This document shows, piece after piece, positions 38,315 through 49,050 of a stretch of 64,000 nt of DNA. The first letter of the stretch is position 1, and each line of letters starts with the position of its first letter. The notes beneath the pieces were generated by a model. It ran no database searches and was not told the origin of the DNA. It was given only the letters and a program-made list of their open reading frames with translations. Origin of the DNA: Podarcis liolepis (Eukaryota); the NCBI GenBank assembly GCA_965112155.1, contig OZ218110.1. One strand, written 5' to 3'. Both the position numbers and the translations under genes were made by a program.

Positions 38315-39062
38315 GTGCTAGCCAATCAGGGGGGAGTGGAAAAGTAAAAGGTAAAACCTGGCAGTTAAAGTGTTAGATAGGGCTTGGATGGGAGAATAGC
38401 TGAGCAGCTAGAGGTTTGCTAGGCAGGGCAAACCAGATTATTTTATAAAACAATTATAACATATTATATCATAAAGGGGGGCTAGATGTGTTTTACTAGC
38501 ATGGTGGGACAAAGAGCCATTCTAGGATGAATCAGATGATTTAGGAACACTGTTAAAGTCATAAGTAAAAGTCTTAAACACTTCTTTAAAAAAAAAGAAT
38601 TTGACCAAAATCAAGCTTGTACTTTACCAAAGTAACCATCAAGCTGTAACGCTCATTGGGTGTGTATAAATAAAATACCAGTTTTGTTTTAAACATGTCT
38701 AATTTAATTTATTCCCACTTTAAGGGATAAGTGGTCACAGATCATGAGTGAATGCCTGGAACCCCATGGGCTCCTGCCACCGCTCAGCAAAGAGAGAGGG
38801 AGGCACCCAACTTTTGTAACAGTATGTTTTATCTGTATGGTGGACAATTTACCAGGCAATCCAATAAACTTTTTAAAAAAACATGGAAAGAAAGAAGGCA
38901 GTCCTCAGACATCTTCCAAGTACCATTGGAGAACCCATGTATGGATTGATTCATAGATATGCAGACAAATCCTCTTTTCATGTTCCAATGTGCACATAGG
39001 TCTGCCAGAATAAAAAAAATTCCTTCCAGTAGCACCTTAAAGACCAACTAAGTTAGTTCTTG

Positions 39063-39100
39063 GTATGAGCTTTCGTGTGCATGCACACTTCTTCAGATAC
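39063..39100 (-). ncRNA. Minimal type I hammerhead ribozyme (intact core)
   Basis: GUAU-CUGAAGA-A-GUGUGCAUGCACAC-GAAA-GC-UC-AUAC: stem I GUAU/AUAC, palindromic stem II, AGCU in place of stem III. Confidence 0.85.
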
Positions 39101-39558
39101 ACTGAAACATTAGTTGCCAGATCCTTCTATATAGTGAGAAGGTGGGGAGGGGTGTTACTCAGAAGGGTGGTGGGAATGGGAGATAGGCAGATAGCTGAGA
39201 GAGCCTGTTGATGACTCTTAACGACTGTAATAGGTCTTACAGGAAAAGGCAAGGGGTGAGAAGGTGAGAAATGGTTTAGTCATGTATAGTGAGATAAGAA
39301 TCCAATGTCTTTGTTCAGCCCAGCTCTCTCCATGGTTTTAAGTTTGGTAATGAGTTGTAATTCAGCAGCTTCTATTTCCAGTCTATTTCTGAAATTCCTT
39401 TGTAGTAAAACAGCTACTTTGAGATCTTGTATAGAATGTCCTGGGAGATTGAAGTGTTCTCCTACTGGTTTCTCTGTTTTGTGATTCTTGATGTCAGATT
39501 TATGTTCGTTTATTAAAACCATTAACGGTTTATTAAAACCGCTATCTGCCTATCTCCC

Positions 39559-39596
39559 ATATCTGAAGAAGTGTGCATGCACACGAAAGCTCATAC
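39559..39596 (+). ncRNA. Minimal type I hammerhead ribozyme (intact core, stem I shortened by junction)
   Basis: AUAU-CUGAAGA-A-GUGUGCAUGCACAC-GAAA-GC-UC-AUAC. Confidence 0.82.
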
Positions 39597-40205
39597 CAAG
39601 AACTTACTTAGTTGGTCTTTAAGGTGCTACTGGAAGGAATTTTTTTTATTTTGACTATGGCAGACCAACACGGCTACCTATCTACAATAGGTCGGCCAGG
39701 GTCAAGATGGAAAACCTCTCTGTATACGCAGTGCGATCTGGAATCCTCTATAAGACAGTGAGCATATATTAGTTGCTTACATTTGTGACAGAAACAGAGG
39801 AAACAATAATTGGGGAGTTCTGGTTCTGATCAACTGTTTTGGACTCATGGGAGCAATTTGCCACAATGCCAAAGCACATATCCAATTAAGCTCCTTCTAA
39901 CACACACACCTTTTAAAAACCAGTTTATAAATACATCTGTTATACAATATTCAGGCATGTGCCAGAAGAAGAAGAAATCATCTCAGATGTCTCAATGAAT
40001 GTCTGACCAGTCATGGCCTATAGTAGTGAAATGAAAAACTTCACTTACCCAGGCTGAAACTGTTTTAAAAGGAATAGGTAAGTGGTTGGGGTGGTTTTTA
40101 GCTGTGAACTTAACAATACCTGTGGCAAGAAAACTGTAACTCCTTATTTCTTCGCATCATTCTTCATCACCACACCTACATCTTTCTGCATGTTACTCTT
40201 ACACT

Positions 40206-40368
40206 CAGTGCTTTTCTTGGGGGGGGGAGAGATGCATGGGTATGCATACCCCTAAACATTTTGTGAATCTAAGTTTGGCTAATTCAGGGGCAGTATTTCA
40301 ATATGAGTAGGAAAGTGAGAGTACCCCAAACATTTTATATATATATTTTTTTAGGAAAAAAAGCACTG
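40206..40368. mobile_element. hAT-type MITE (163 bp)
   Basis: TIR CAGTGCTTTT/AAAAGCACTG; perfect 8-bp TSD CTTACACT. Confidence 0.88.
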
Positions 40369-41186
40369 CTTACACTGCATTTTGACCTAAACAATTTCTC
40401 AGAACTGAGGTTGATGAATTGAAAGAAAAATAATACAAGCATGTTACATTAACTAGCATTCCTCTATCTGTGGAATGTATCAGAATCAGACTCGGAAGAA
40501 AAGGTGGTAACACTCAAGTATCTTTGTACATTTAAGTTGGAAACATAACAAATCTAAGAATACTGCAAATTGTGATTCCACATACCCACCCATCTCCAGT
40601 AGGGAAGAAGTGGTCTCAGATTAAAATCAGTCTCTCAACAGTATATTGCTCACAGGGCATAGGCAGATTTCTGATGAACTATTTGTGGATATTAGCTGGC
40701 TGAAGAAATGTTTGCACCAGTTGTGTTTTTTAAAAAATCCAGATTAGGACTTCCACCCAGTCAATATATATTGTTTACATTGTGTGTCTTTAGTCTGTCC
40801 ACCTTATCTGGCATCCTGCATAATTGGAGCCAGCAACTGATTGGTGAGCTCCTATGCACATATAAATGTATGCTTGTAACTTCCCTTTCTGATGCTTCAC
40901 TGAATGCATAGATGCCAGGGGAAGGATTTTAGGGAGTATAGACTCACCACACCTTGCCTACATTTGCAAATGGTGTGTGTGGGGGGCACAAGTGGACAGG
41001 GATTATCTGATGAGAAAACAGAGGGGACAACAATTATTGCTGATTATGCAAAGGAATATTTGGTGGACTTGATTTCTAGATCAAAGCAGCTCAGTTTAAA
41101 TTAAATTGATGAATCAATAATTGTACACTAATAGTCCTTATCCTCTTGCTTGTACAGGTAACATGTGGATAAGTGCTGCGAACATA

Positions 41187-42128
41187 ATGCACAATCTTAC
41201 CTCCATGCCTGCATTTCTGCTGCTGGGATTCTCAGATATTCGAGAACTACAGATCTTGCACTTCTTTGTGTTCCTAGCCTTGTACTTGATGGCAATAATA
41301 GGGAATCTTCTAATTGTCATTGTCATTGTCCTTGATCACCACCTTCATACCCCTATGTATTTCTTTCTAATGAATTTGGCCATCATGGACCTTGGAACAG
41401 TTTCAGTTATGGTGCCCAAATCAATGGCTATTTCCCTTTACAACAACAGGTTAATTTCTTATTTTGGATGTGTTGCTCAGGTTTTCTTTTTACATTTATT
41501 TGGAATATCAGATTTTGCTCTCCTAACTATAATGGCACATGACCGTTACGTTGCTATTTGCAGACCACTGCAATATGAGACAATTATGCACAAAGGAGCC
41601 TGTATACGGATGGTAGCCATTGGGTGGATCACAGGCTTTCTTGCTGCCATGTTACATACTGGGAGCACCTTTGGCAATACCTTCTGTGGTAATTCTGTCA
41701 ATCAGTTCTTCTGTGAAATCTCAAAATTACTGAAGATCTCTTGCTCCGACTTTTACTTAGTTGAAGTTCGGGTTCTTGTGATAGCCTTTATTATATCAGT
41801 AGGATGCTTCATTTTCATCATCATAACATACATGCAGATCTTTTCTACAGTGCTCAGAATACCTTCTTTAGATGGTCAGAAAAAAGCCCTCTCCACTTGC
41901 ATTCCCCACCTCACTGTTGTCTCTTTGCTTATGTTCACTGGTGCCTTTGCCTACGCAAGGCCACCCACCGATTCTTCTTCTGATCTAGATATAGTTTTTG
42001 CTGTGATATATACCATAATTCCTCCCACATTAAATCCATTTATTTACAGTATGAGAAACAAAGAAATTAAGACTGCTTTGTGGAAACTGTTCTATAAAAA
42101 TAGTGTTGTATACTGTTCTATATGTTAA
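41187..42128 (+). CDS. Olfactory receptor, OR14-like, 313 aa (in-frame upstream ATG at 41163 could add 8 aa)
   Basis: LHTPMYFFL, MAHDRYVAICRPLQY, KALSTCIPH, PPTLNPFIYS. Confidence 0.95.
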   Translation: MHNLTSMPAFLLLGFSDIRELQILHFFVFLALYLMAIIGNLLIVIVIVLDHHLHTPMYFFLMNLAIMDLGTVSVMVPKSMAISLYNNRLISYFGCVAQVFFLHLFGISDFALLTIMAHDRYVAICRPLQYETIMHKGACIRMVAIGWITGFLAAMLHTGSTFGNTFCGNSVNQFFCEISKLLKISCSDFYLVEVRVLVIAFIISVGCFIFIIITYMQIFSTVLRIPSLDGQKKALSTCIPHLTVVSLLMFTGAFAYARPPTDSSSDLDIVFAVIYTIIPPTLNPFIYSMRNKEIKTALWKLFYKNSVVYCSIC

Positions 42129-42164
42129 AGTTTGGCAATGCCATTTTTAACCCAGCAACACAAC

Positions 42165-42342
42165 TTTTGGTAGAGTATCTGCTTTCCATGCAGGAGGTTC
42201 CTGCCTTTACCCCTGGCAAGTCCTGGCTGGGGGATAATGATTCCACGTCTGAAGTCATAGAGGATTACTGCCAGTCAGTGCTGACAATACTGAACTAAAT
42301 GGACCCAGTGAAATAAGTGTAAACCAGTTTGTTCTGTTCCTG
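42165..42342 (+). mobile_element. Old tRNA-derived SINE (paralogous copy at ~47505-47684, fragment at ~8625-8720)
   Basis: tggtagag..tctgcttt.catgcagga.g.tcc head; gccagtcagtg..gacaatactga.cta.atggacc body. Confidence 0.6.
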
Positions 42343-45300
42343 AATCTGTGATACAAATCATTCCACAATTCCTCCACCTCATTTTTCATATAATTCATCA
42401 TCAATTGATCACGCATTTCACCATCTTCTCAAGACAGTGTATTTCACTTACAAGTGATACATGTATACGACAATCGAATGTAACCATATTAACAAATATT
42501 CCATGTAAACATTTAGTTAGAAAAAGAAAATTGAAGAACATAAAATGTATCATTTCCCCAAAATGTTCTGAACAGAACATGACCTTGTGGGGCATTTTGT
42601 TCTTGATCATTCTACAATACTATAAAATTTATTTTTGCATAAAAATGTCATCTGGCAATTTTCTTTCTTTTATTTTTTAATATTGAATAGTAGAACCATC
42701 TAATTTGAACTTTTGCTGTCCAGTGGGTTGTGTTTGCGATAAATTATCCCTCCAAGAGCTGCATGCCGGAGCTTGGCCTCCACTCTTAGTCTATTATACT
42801 CATACTACACACACCGGCGGACATGCAGCACACAAACCTACAGACATGGACACACACTGATCATAAAAAGAAAACAAGAACACAAGCAGCCCCCCAATTG
42901 ACCCAGTGAGACAGTTCCCTTCATGCGCAGATAGCACTTGTGCAGAGCAAATTTTCACACATCATAGCACAGGACTGCTTGGAGATTGGGGTGACAATAT
43001 GATAAAATTTATACATTCAGAAATTACTAAGCAAAATATTAAATTATTATATGCTATTACGACAGAGATGTGCATAACATTATGCAGAACATTAACACAA
43101 CAAATCTTTAGCATCTCCACTCTTTTCAGTTCACACAACCATCATTTCTAATGTATATGAACACCCTGAATGACAGGAACCCACTGGAAACTAAAAGAAA
43201 AATACAAGGAACAATTACTGACCACATACCCCATCATTCATTAATGGAGGCCATTCCACATGTACTATACTGTGAAGGCTTGAGATCAGTTTACTTGTGA
43301 GCTTGCTATACCCCATTTATGCCCATCTGACTGTTTTTGTCTGTGGAACTGGCAATGTTACAGGTGCCACATACCGGTAATTTAGGACTAAAAAAGAAAA
43401 GAAACTGTTTTTAACTGTTTTTATTAATAATTATATATTTCTTGTTAGCCATGTGGAGGCTTTATTACAATCAAGTGGTATATAAACTTTGTTAACTGAA
43501 ACAAATAAACAGAGGTTATTCCTACAGCAACTGGGTCAGATAGGTCAGTCTGGGACTGACTATCCCAAAGTCACACAATATGTTTTATGACTGATTTTAT
43601 CCATGGTCTCTCACAACCTACTCCACTTAATATTCCTCCATTTTCCCCCCACATACTGGGAAAATGACATAGAAGTGAGTAAACTGGGGGGATGGAAGTA
43701 ATCTTTTCTGATAGGTCTGGAAATGTATTGCAGATAGAGGCACATGACGGCAAATAAATAAATAAAAAATGAAAAATGGAATGGTAGTTAGAATTCTCTT
43801 CAGTTAGAATTACTGCAGCCAGGTTTTGCACTAAAGGAGTCATATTGAAGGGCAGCCCCATGTATAATGCAATATAGCAATTCAGCCAGGATGTAACCAG
43901 GAAATGGAGAGTTTGTGAAAGCCTATCTCTATCTAGAAATGGCTACAGTATTTGGATATAACTAAATAAATAGCCATAGAGTGATCATTTTTCATGTACT
44001 GAAGCACATGTTGTATCTGTTGTTGTTTGTTTGTTTCTACTACCAAAGTCGAAGCAGCAAAATTGCCTTGAGGATTCAGATCAGCTCTGCTGCGCTCTTG
44101 GGAGCAGGATCCCAAGATGCCTAAACAGAATTAACTAACACTCCCTCCCATGCCTGCTGGCACTAATAGCTGATGCTACATTTAGTGACTATTACCTTTA
44201 AACATGGTGTCTTTTTTAAAGGGAAAAAATACTCGGTTACATGTTTGGGGGTACGTGCCAAGGGAAGGTTGAAAGTGCTTGGTTGAGAAGGTACATGGGC
44301 TCTCGCATCTGAAGCATATCATACCCTATGAATTTTACACTTGAAGGTATTTCAATTGCTTGCCAACTTTTTCTAACTGGATTATAATTTTGTTCGATTA
44401 AATCCAGACTTGGTGATGCTATTAGTAGACCCATTGACTGCAGAGGTTCAGTTGCAAGTATATGACTAAATGTGAGTCCAACCCAATACGTTTGATTATA
44501 GTTGTATAATTGTGAGATCTGGTACGTCACATTGAATGGGAAATTGTGACAAAAATGGAAGTGCACAAGCCAAGTTATAAAAGACGATATAAGTATTTTA
44601 TTATTCATGTGATAGTAATAACCGCAAAACCAATACTGTGTGGTGAGCTTTTATGTACATGTATGTGTATGTAGGCTTCTCTTTTGGATGTTCCATCAAA
44701 CGCACAGATATTAGAAGAAGGATTGAGGGGGTATAGTCTATACCCTCCAACATTCCTCATATGAAACTAGGGATATTCTGTTTACATAAGTGTCATTCCA
44801 CCCCATGCCCATTAGACAAAGTCAAGTGAACACCTCAAGCAGCAAATGCTGGGGATTGGTGAAGCAGCAGTGAGGTTGGGAGGTTAGGGCGGCGTGTACA
44901 AGGTGCCCTGCCCTGTATTAACTCATTGTATTCTTATAAGCTGTTTAGGACCATGCCCTCACAATGCGACATACAAACAAGAGCAAGGCAAGATATAAAG
45001 GTATAATAGCTACATGACCAAACATACAACATACTTTAAGAAGCTGTCCTGTAAAACCCAATTATGACCTAAGTTAAAGGTAGCATTAAACATAAAGGTC
45101 TTCACCGCTTGCCTAAGTGCCTGTACACATGGGGTAAGGCACAAGTCAGTAGGAAGGGAGGGTATGAGCTCATGATATAATAAGCCAGAAAATTAACAGT
45201 GAAATATTTGATTTTCCTATCCCTTATTTTTGCAGTCCCAAGCAGAAACCGACCTACCAAACCTTCAGGGAGCCTCTGTTCATGCTGCGTGTTCTGTCTT

Positions 45301-45626
45301 CAATTTACGGAGGTTACCTAATTTGTGCAGGCCTGCTGCAAATTATCCCAAATTAAAAGCATGTGCATGTGTGCATAGTGATAACAAAGTCAGTTTATAC
45401 GAGCTCCAATTCCAGTTCTTACCCGGGTGCTGCTGCAAGCCACTGCCAGACTCAGGAGCACATATATATAATGGGTATAACAGTAACCTGCCATTTGTTT
45501 TGGCTAAAAGAAGTAGATTGATTTTGAGCACATATCTCTGAAATTATTTGATGATATGTGTTGTGCTCTTAACTCTTAATATTGTATAGGTCACATGCAA
45601 GGACATGCAGATTGTTCTGAGTAAAC

Positions 45627-46130
45627 CAGCGACGTAGCGTGGGTTGTCAGCACTCGGGGCAAGGCAAGTAATTTGCGCCCCCTAACCCCTAACCTGCCAC
45701 CGCTGCCAGCTTCTTCTTGCTGCTGCCTGGGCTGGGGTATTTACGGTAAGGTAGCCACGGCGGCGGCAGCGGTGGGTCCATGTCAGGTGATCTGAGGCGA
45801 GTTGCCGCTGGCGCTGCCGCCCAAACGATGCCGCTTGCCTGGAGGAGGAGGGAAGAGAGGCGAGGAAAATGCAACATGGCCCAACAGCTGCAGCAGCAGC
45901 GGCGGGGCTGTGAGGAGGGGCTGCCTGGCGTGCCCTCCGTGGCCCTGACGTGTGGGGACCGCGGCGAGCGCTGAGAGCCGCTGCCAGCTCGTCGGTTCCG
46001 CGAGACATGGGGCTCTGCTACAGCCTGCGCCCGAGGCTCTTCGGCGACTCTGGAGGCGGCGAGTGCGCCCCCCCCAGATGTTGCGCCCGGTGTGGCTGGC
46101 CCCCCCTGCACCCCCCACGCTATGCCACTG
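45627..46130. mobile_element. Non-autonomous hAT element carrying captured host sequence (Pack-TIR)
   Basis: 17-bp imperfect TIRs CAGCGACGTAGCGTGGG / CCCACGCTATGCCACTG; perfect 8-bp TSD GAGTAAAC at 45619-45626 and 46131-46138; CpG-rich interior. Confidence 0.9.
45695..46060 (+). pseudogene. GNAL: Captured fragment of GNAL XL-isoform exon 1 (CpG-island 5' region plus first ~15-18 codons)
   Basis: ATG at 46007 in strong Kozak context (GACATGG) encodes MGLCYSLRPRLFGDSGG. I recall human XLGalpha-olf starting MGLCYSLRPLLFG (12/13 identical). Confidence 0.75.
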
Positions 46131-46494
46131 GAGTAAACAAAACTGCTCTGCAAGAAAGCTCACAATGCAAGTTGAAAATCAGTGTTGCTGGGAGCAATTG
46201 GGACAATCCTGGATAAAATGAGAAGCCAAAATGACTTCTGTAATTCCAGGAGTGTCCTGGGAAAATTGTGACACTTGAAGGCTATGCTAGCCTCCCCACA
46301 CCATGCACAAATTTCAAATAGGTGCTGGGGGGTGGGGTTCAGTGACAATCCAAGGGGGAAAGCATAGAATGCATGGTGGATTTGACTGTTTAAAGGAACT
46401 TTGTTTAAATTAAACGGGTTAATAAATATTTATAAACAAACAATCCTATCTTCTTCCTTGTACAGGTAATGTGTGAACACGTTGTGTGAATAAA

Positions 46495-47433
46495 ATGTCC
46501 AATCTTACCTCCATGTCTACATTTCTGCTGTTGGGTTTCTCAGACATTCGAGAACTACAGATCTTGCACTTTTTTGTTTTCTTGTTGTTGTACTCGGTGG
46601 CAATAATGGGGAATTTTCTCATTATTGTAGTAGTTGTCTTCGATCACCACCTTCACACCCCCATGTACTTCTTTCTCATGAATTTGGCCATGATGGACCT
46701 TGGAACAATTTCTGTCATGGTACCCAAATCGATGGCTATTTCTCTTTTAAACAGCAGGTTCATGTCTTATTCTGGATGTGTTGCTCAAGTCTTTTTTTCA
46801 TATTTATTTGGAACATCAGATCTTGCCCTCCTAACTATAATGGCACATGACCGCAATGTTGCTATTTGCAACCCACTCCAATATGAGTTAATTATGAACA
46901 GAGGAGCCTGTATACGGATGGTAGTCATTGTATGGATTATCAGTCTTCTTAATGCCACCCTACATGTTGGTTGCACCTTTGCAAACATCTTCTGTTCTAA
47001 TGCTGTCAATCAATTCTTCTGTGAAATCCCAAGGTTACTGAAGCTTTCCTGCACTGACTTTTACTTAGTTGAAGTTGGGTTTCTTGTGCTAGGATGGAGT
47101 ATAGGGCTCGGTTGCTTCATTTTCATCATCATAACATACATTCAAATCTTTTCTACAGTGCGTAGAATCCCTTCTGTTCATGGTCAGAAAAAGGCCCTTT
47201 CCACTTGCCTGCCTCACCTCATGGTTGTCTCTGTGTTTATGTTCACTGGAGTATTTGCTTATGCAAAGCCACCCACAGATGCTGCTTCTAATGTGGACAT
47301 AGCTTTTGCTGTGGTCTATACCATCATTCCTCCCACATTGAATCCATTCATCTACAGTATGAGAAACAAGGAAATAAAAACTGCTATGTGGAAACTCTTA
47401 GATTATGGGCATTCTTCTAAAAATATATTTTGA
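46495..47433 (+). CDS. Olfactory receptor, OR14-like, 312 aa (DRY>DRN)
   Basis: LHTPMYFFL, MAHDRNVAIC, KALSTCLPH, PPTLNPFIYS; acceptor at 46464-46465. Confidence 0.93.
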   Translation: MSNLTSMSTFLLLGFSDIRELQILHFFVFLLLYSVAIMGNFLIIVVVVFDHHLHTPMYFFLMNLAMMDLGTISVMVPKSMAISLLNSRFMSYSGCVAQVFFSYLFGTSDLALLTIMAHDRNVAICNPLQYELIMNRGACIRMVVIVWIISLLNATLHVGCTFANIFCSNAVNQFFCEIPRLLKLSCTDFYLVEVGFLVLGWSIGLGCFIFIIITYIQIFSTVRRIPSVHGQKKALSTCLPHLMVVSVFMFTGVFAYAKPPTDAASNVDIAFAVVYTIIPPTLNPFIYSMRNKEIKTAMWKLLDYGHSSKNIF

Positions 47434-49050
47434 GTTTTTAAAAATGGGATTGTATATTCAATGTGAATGTTTTGATATACAGTTTTTAAACTAGCACTAG
47501 AACCTTGGGGTGGACATTTGCTTTGCATGTAGGAAGTTCCTGCTGTAACCCCTGGCATCTGCAGGTGGAGGAATGAATGATTCCATATCTGAAGCCATAG
47601 GGAGCCACTACCAATCAGTGTCAACAATACTGAGCTAAATGGACCAATGGGTTGATTCAGTGTAAAGTAACCTCCTGTGTTCCTCACTCTGCAATGCAAA
47701 TAGTCTTATAATTTATTCACCTTATTCTCCATGCCATTCATTGCCATTTGTTCATCCTCTTCACCCTTTCCCCCCAAAAAATGTGTTTTACTTACTACTG
47801 ATACAAGTATAGTACAATTAGATATACTGTAATTATATCAGCAAATACTATTTCCAATGTCTTTAGTAAGAAAATGAAAGTTCAAAAGCATAAAATGTAT
47901 GTCCCCAAAATAATTATCAATTTTATTATATTTTTGCTTGCCACTCCAATCTCTGAGAAGTGTGAGATTCCAGGGGTTCCAGGAATTTATCCAGGGTTAA
48001 ACTCACAGTACCTAGGAACGTAACCTGAACTCGTGGTGCGTTCAGACGTAACCCCCACTTAATGGAGGTTGCCTATATAGAGCAATCAAATGTAACAAAT
48101 ATTCATTCTAATAAGAAAAAGTGTTGAAAAATGTGTAATTTTCCCATCAGAATTTTCAGTTTTACTGTAGTGTAGACAGAATCATACATTTTGATTGTGA
48201 TCATTCTAAATTATAAAACTTGTTTTTTGATAAAATAATATATGATGTTGCTATATTCCTTCTCTTATTTTGATGATATTAATTGCTAGAAACATTTCCC
48301 TTGCCATATTCCATCTTCCCATCAGTCACCCTGGAGACTGCCTCTACCTCTGGAGTTGTTAGGATCCACCTCTGGCTCAGTCCATTGGGATTTCTTTCCA
48401 CTAAATAGTGCCATTCACCACTCTAAGAGATACTGCTGTCAAAAACCCAGCCACCCTTGCAGTTACTTCCAGGCTAACATAATTAACAGGAAACTAAAAT
48501 ATTATCTTAAAGATATCAAAATAAAACATTACCAAAGGAAATCAAATGCAAAATGCACATTTAAAACAGCACAATTAGGAAGATAATATTATCATAGATA
48601 CCACGCTCTCAGTATCCAGTATCCAGTAACTAGTTGTAATTGCACACTCTAACCACGATGTGCATTCCCTGATGAACCAATTTATCATAGTTGATTCTTC
48701 CATGAAATAATCCATCATGGAATGTGGTATTCTGCCCCCACACCCCGTTCACACAAACTCTCACCTTCGCATTTTTCCAGCACTTTTATTACAGGTAATC
48801 CTAATGTCCAGTTTGCACATTGTGGTCAAATATGCAAACATTATAAACTAACTAACTAACTAAATAAATCATACCCTCACAGCAAACTCATGAAGTACAT
48901 TAGACTGAGAGGCAGCGACTCAGTGAGTTTCATAAGCTGGGTGAAGGGGATAATCTTTTCCTATAGGTCTGGAAATTTATTGGGTTTCTTGTTAGCAGTC
49001 CTATGTAGCACTTTTAAGATTCACCAATTAAGTTTGCTAACCTGTACATA

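Larger units (their letters stand above)
39009..39686. mobile_element. Penelope-like element 3' end (minus, ~39009-39507) fused to an inverted pLTR fragment (plus, ~39541-39686)
   Basis: Highly similar to 27108-27640; GIY-YIG C-terminus on the minus strand; candidate TSD ATAGGTC(T/G)GCCAG at 38996-39008 and 39687-39699. Confidence 0.92.

Noticed and set aside
45680-45694. CCCTAACCCCTAACC as interstitial telomere
   Set aside because: Only two imperfect units, inside the transposon arm.
45735-45750. GTATTTACGGTAA resemblance to the CMV enhancer (vector contamination)
   Set aside because: Short match with no further vector sequence, embedded in a TSD-flanked element.
45682-46163. Minus-strand and alternative-frame ORFs in the hAT cargo
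   Set aside because: GC-rich open frames with no recognisable content; only the 46007 frame has a recognisable N-terminus.
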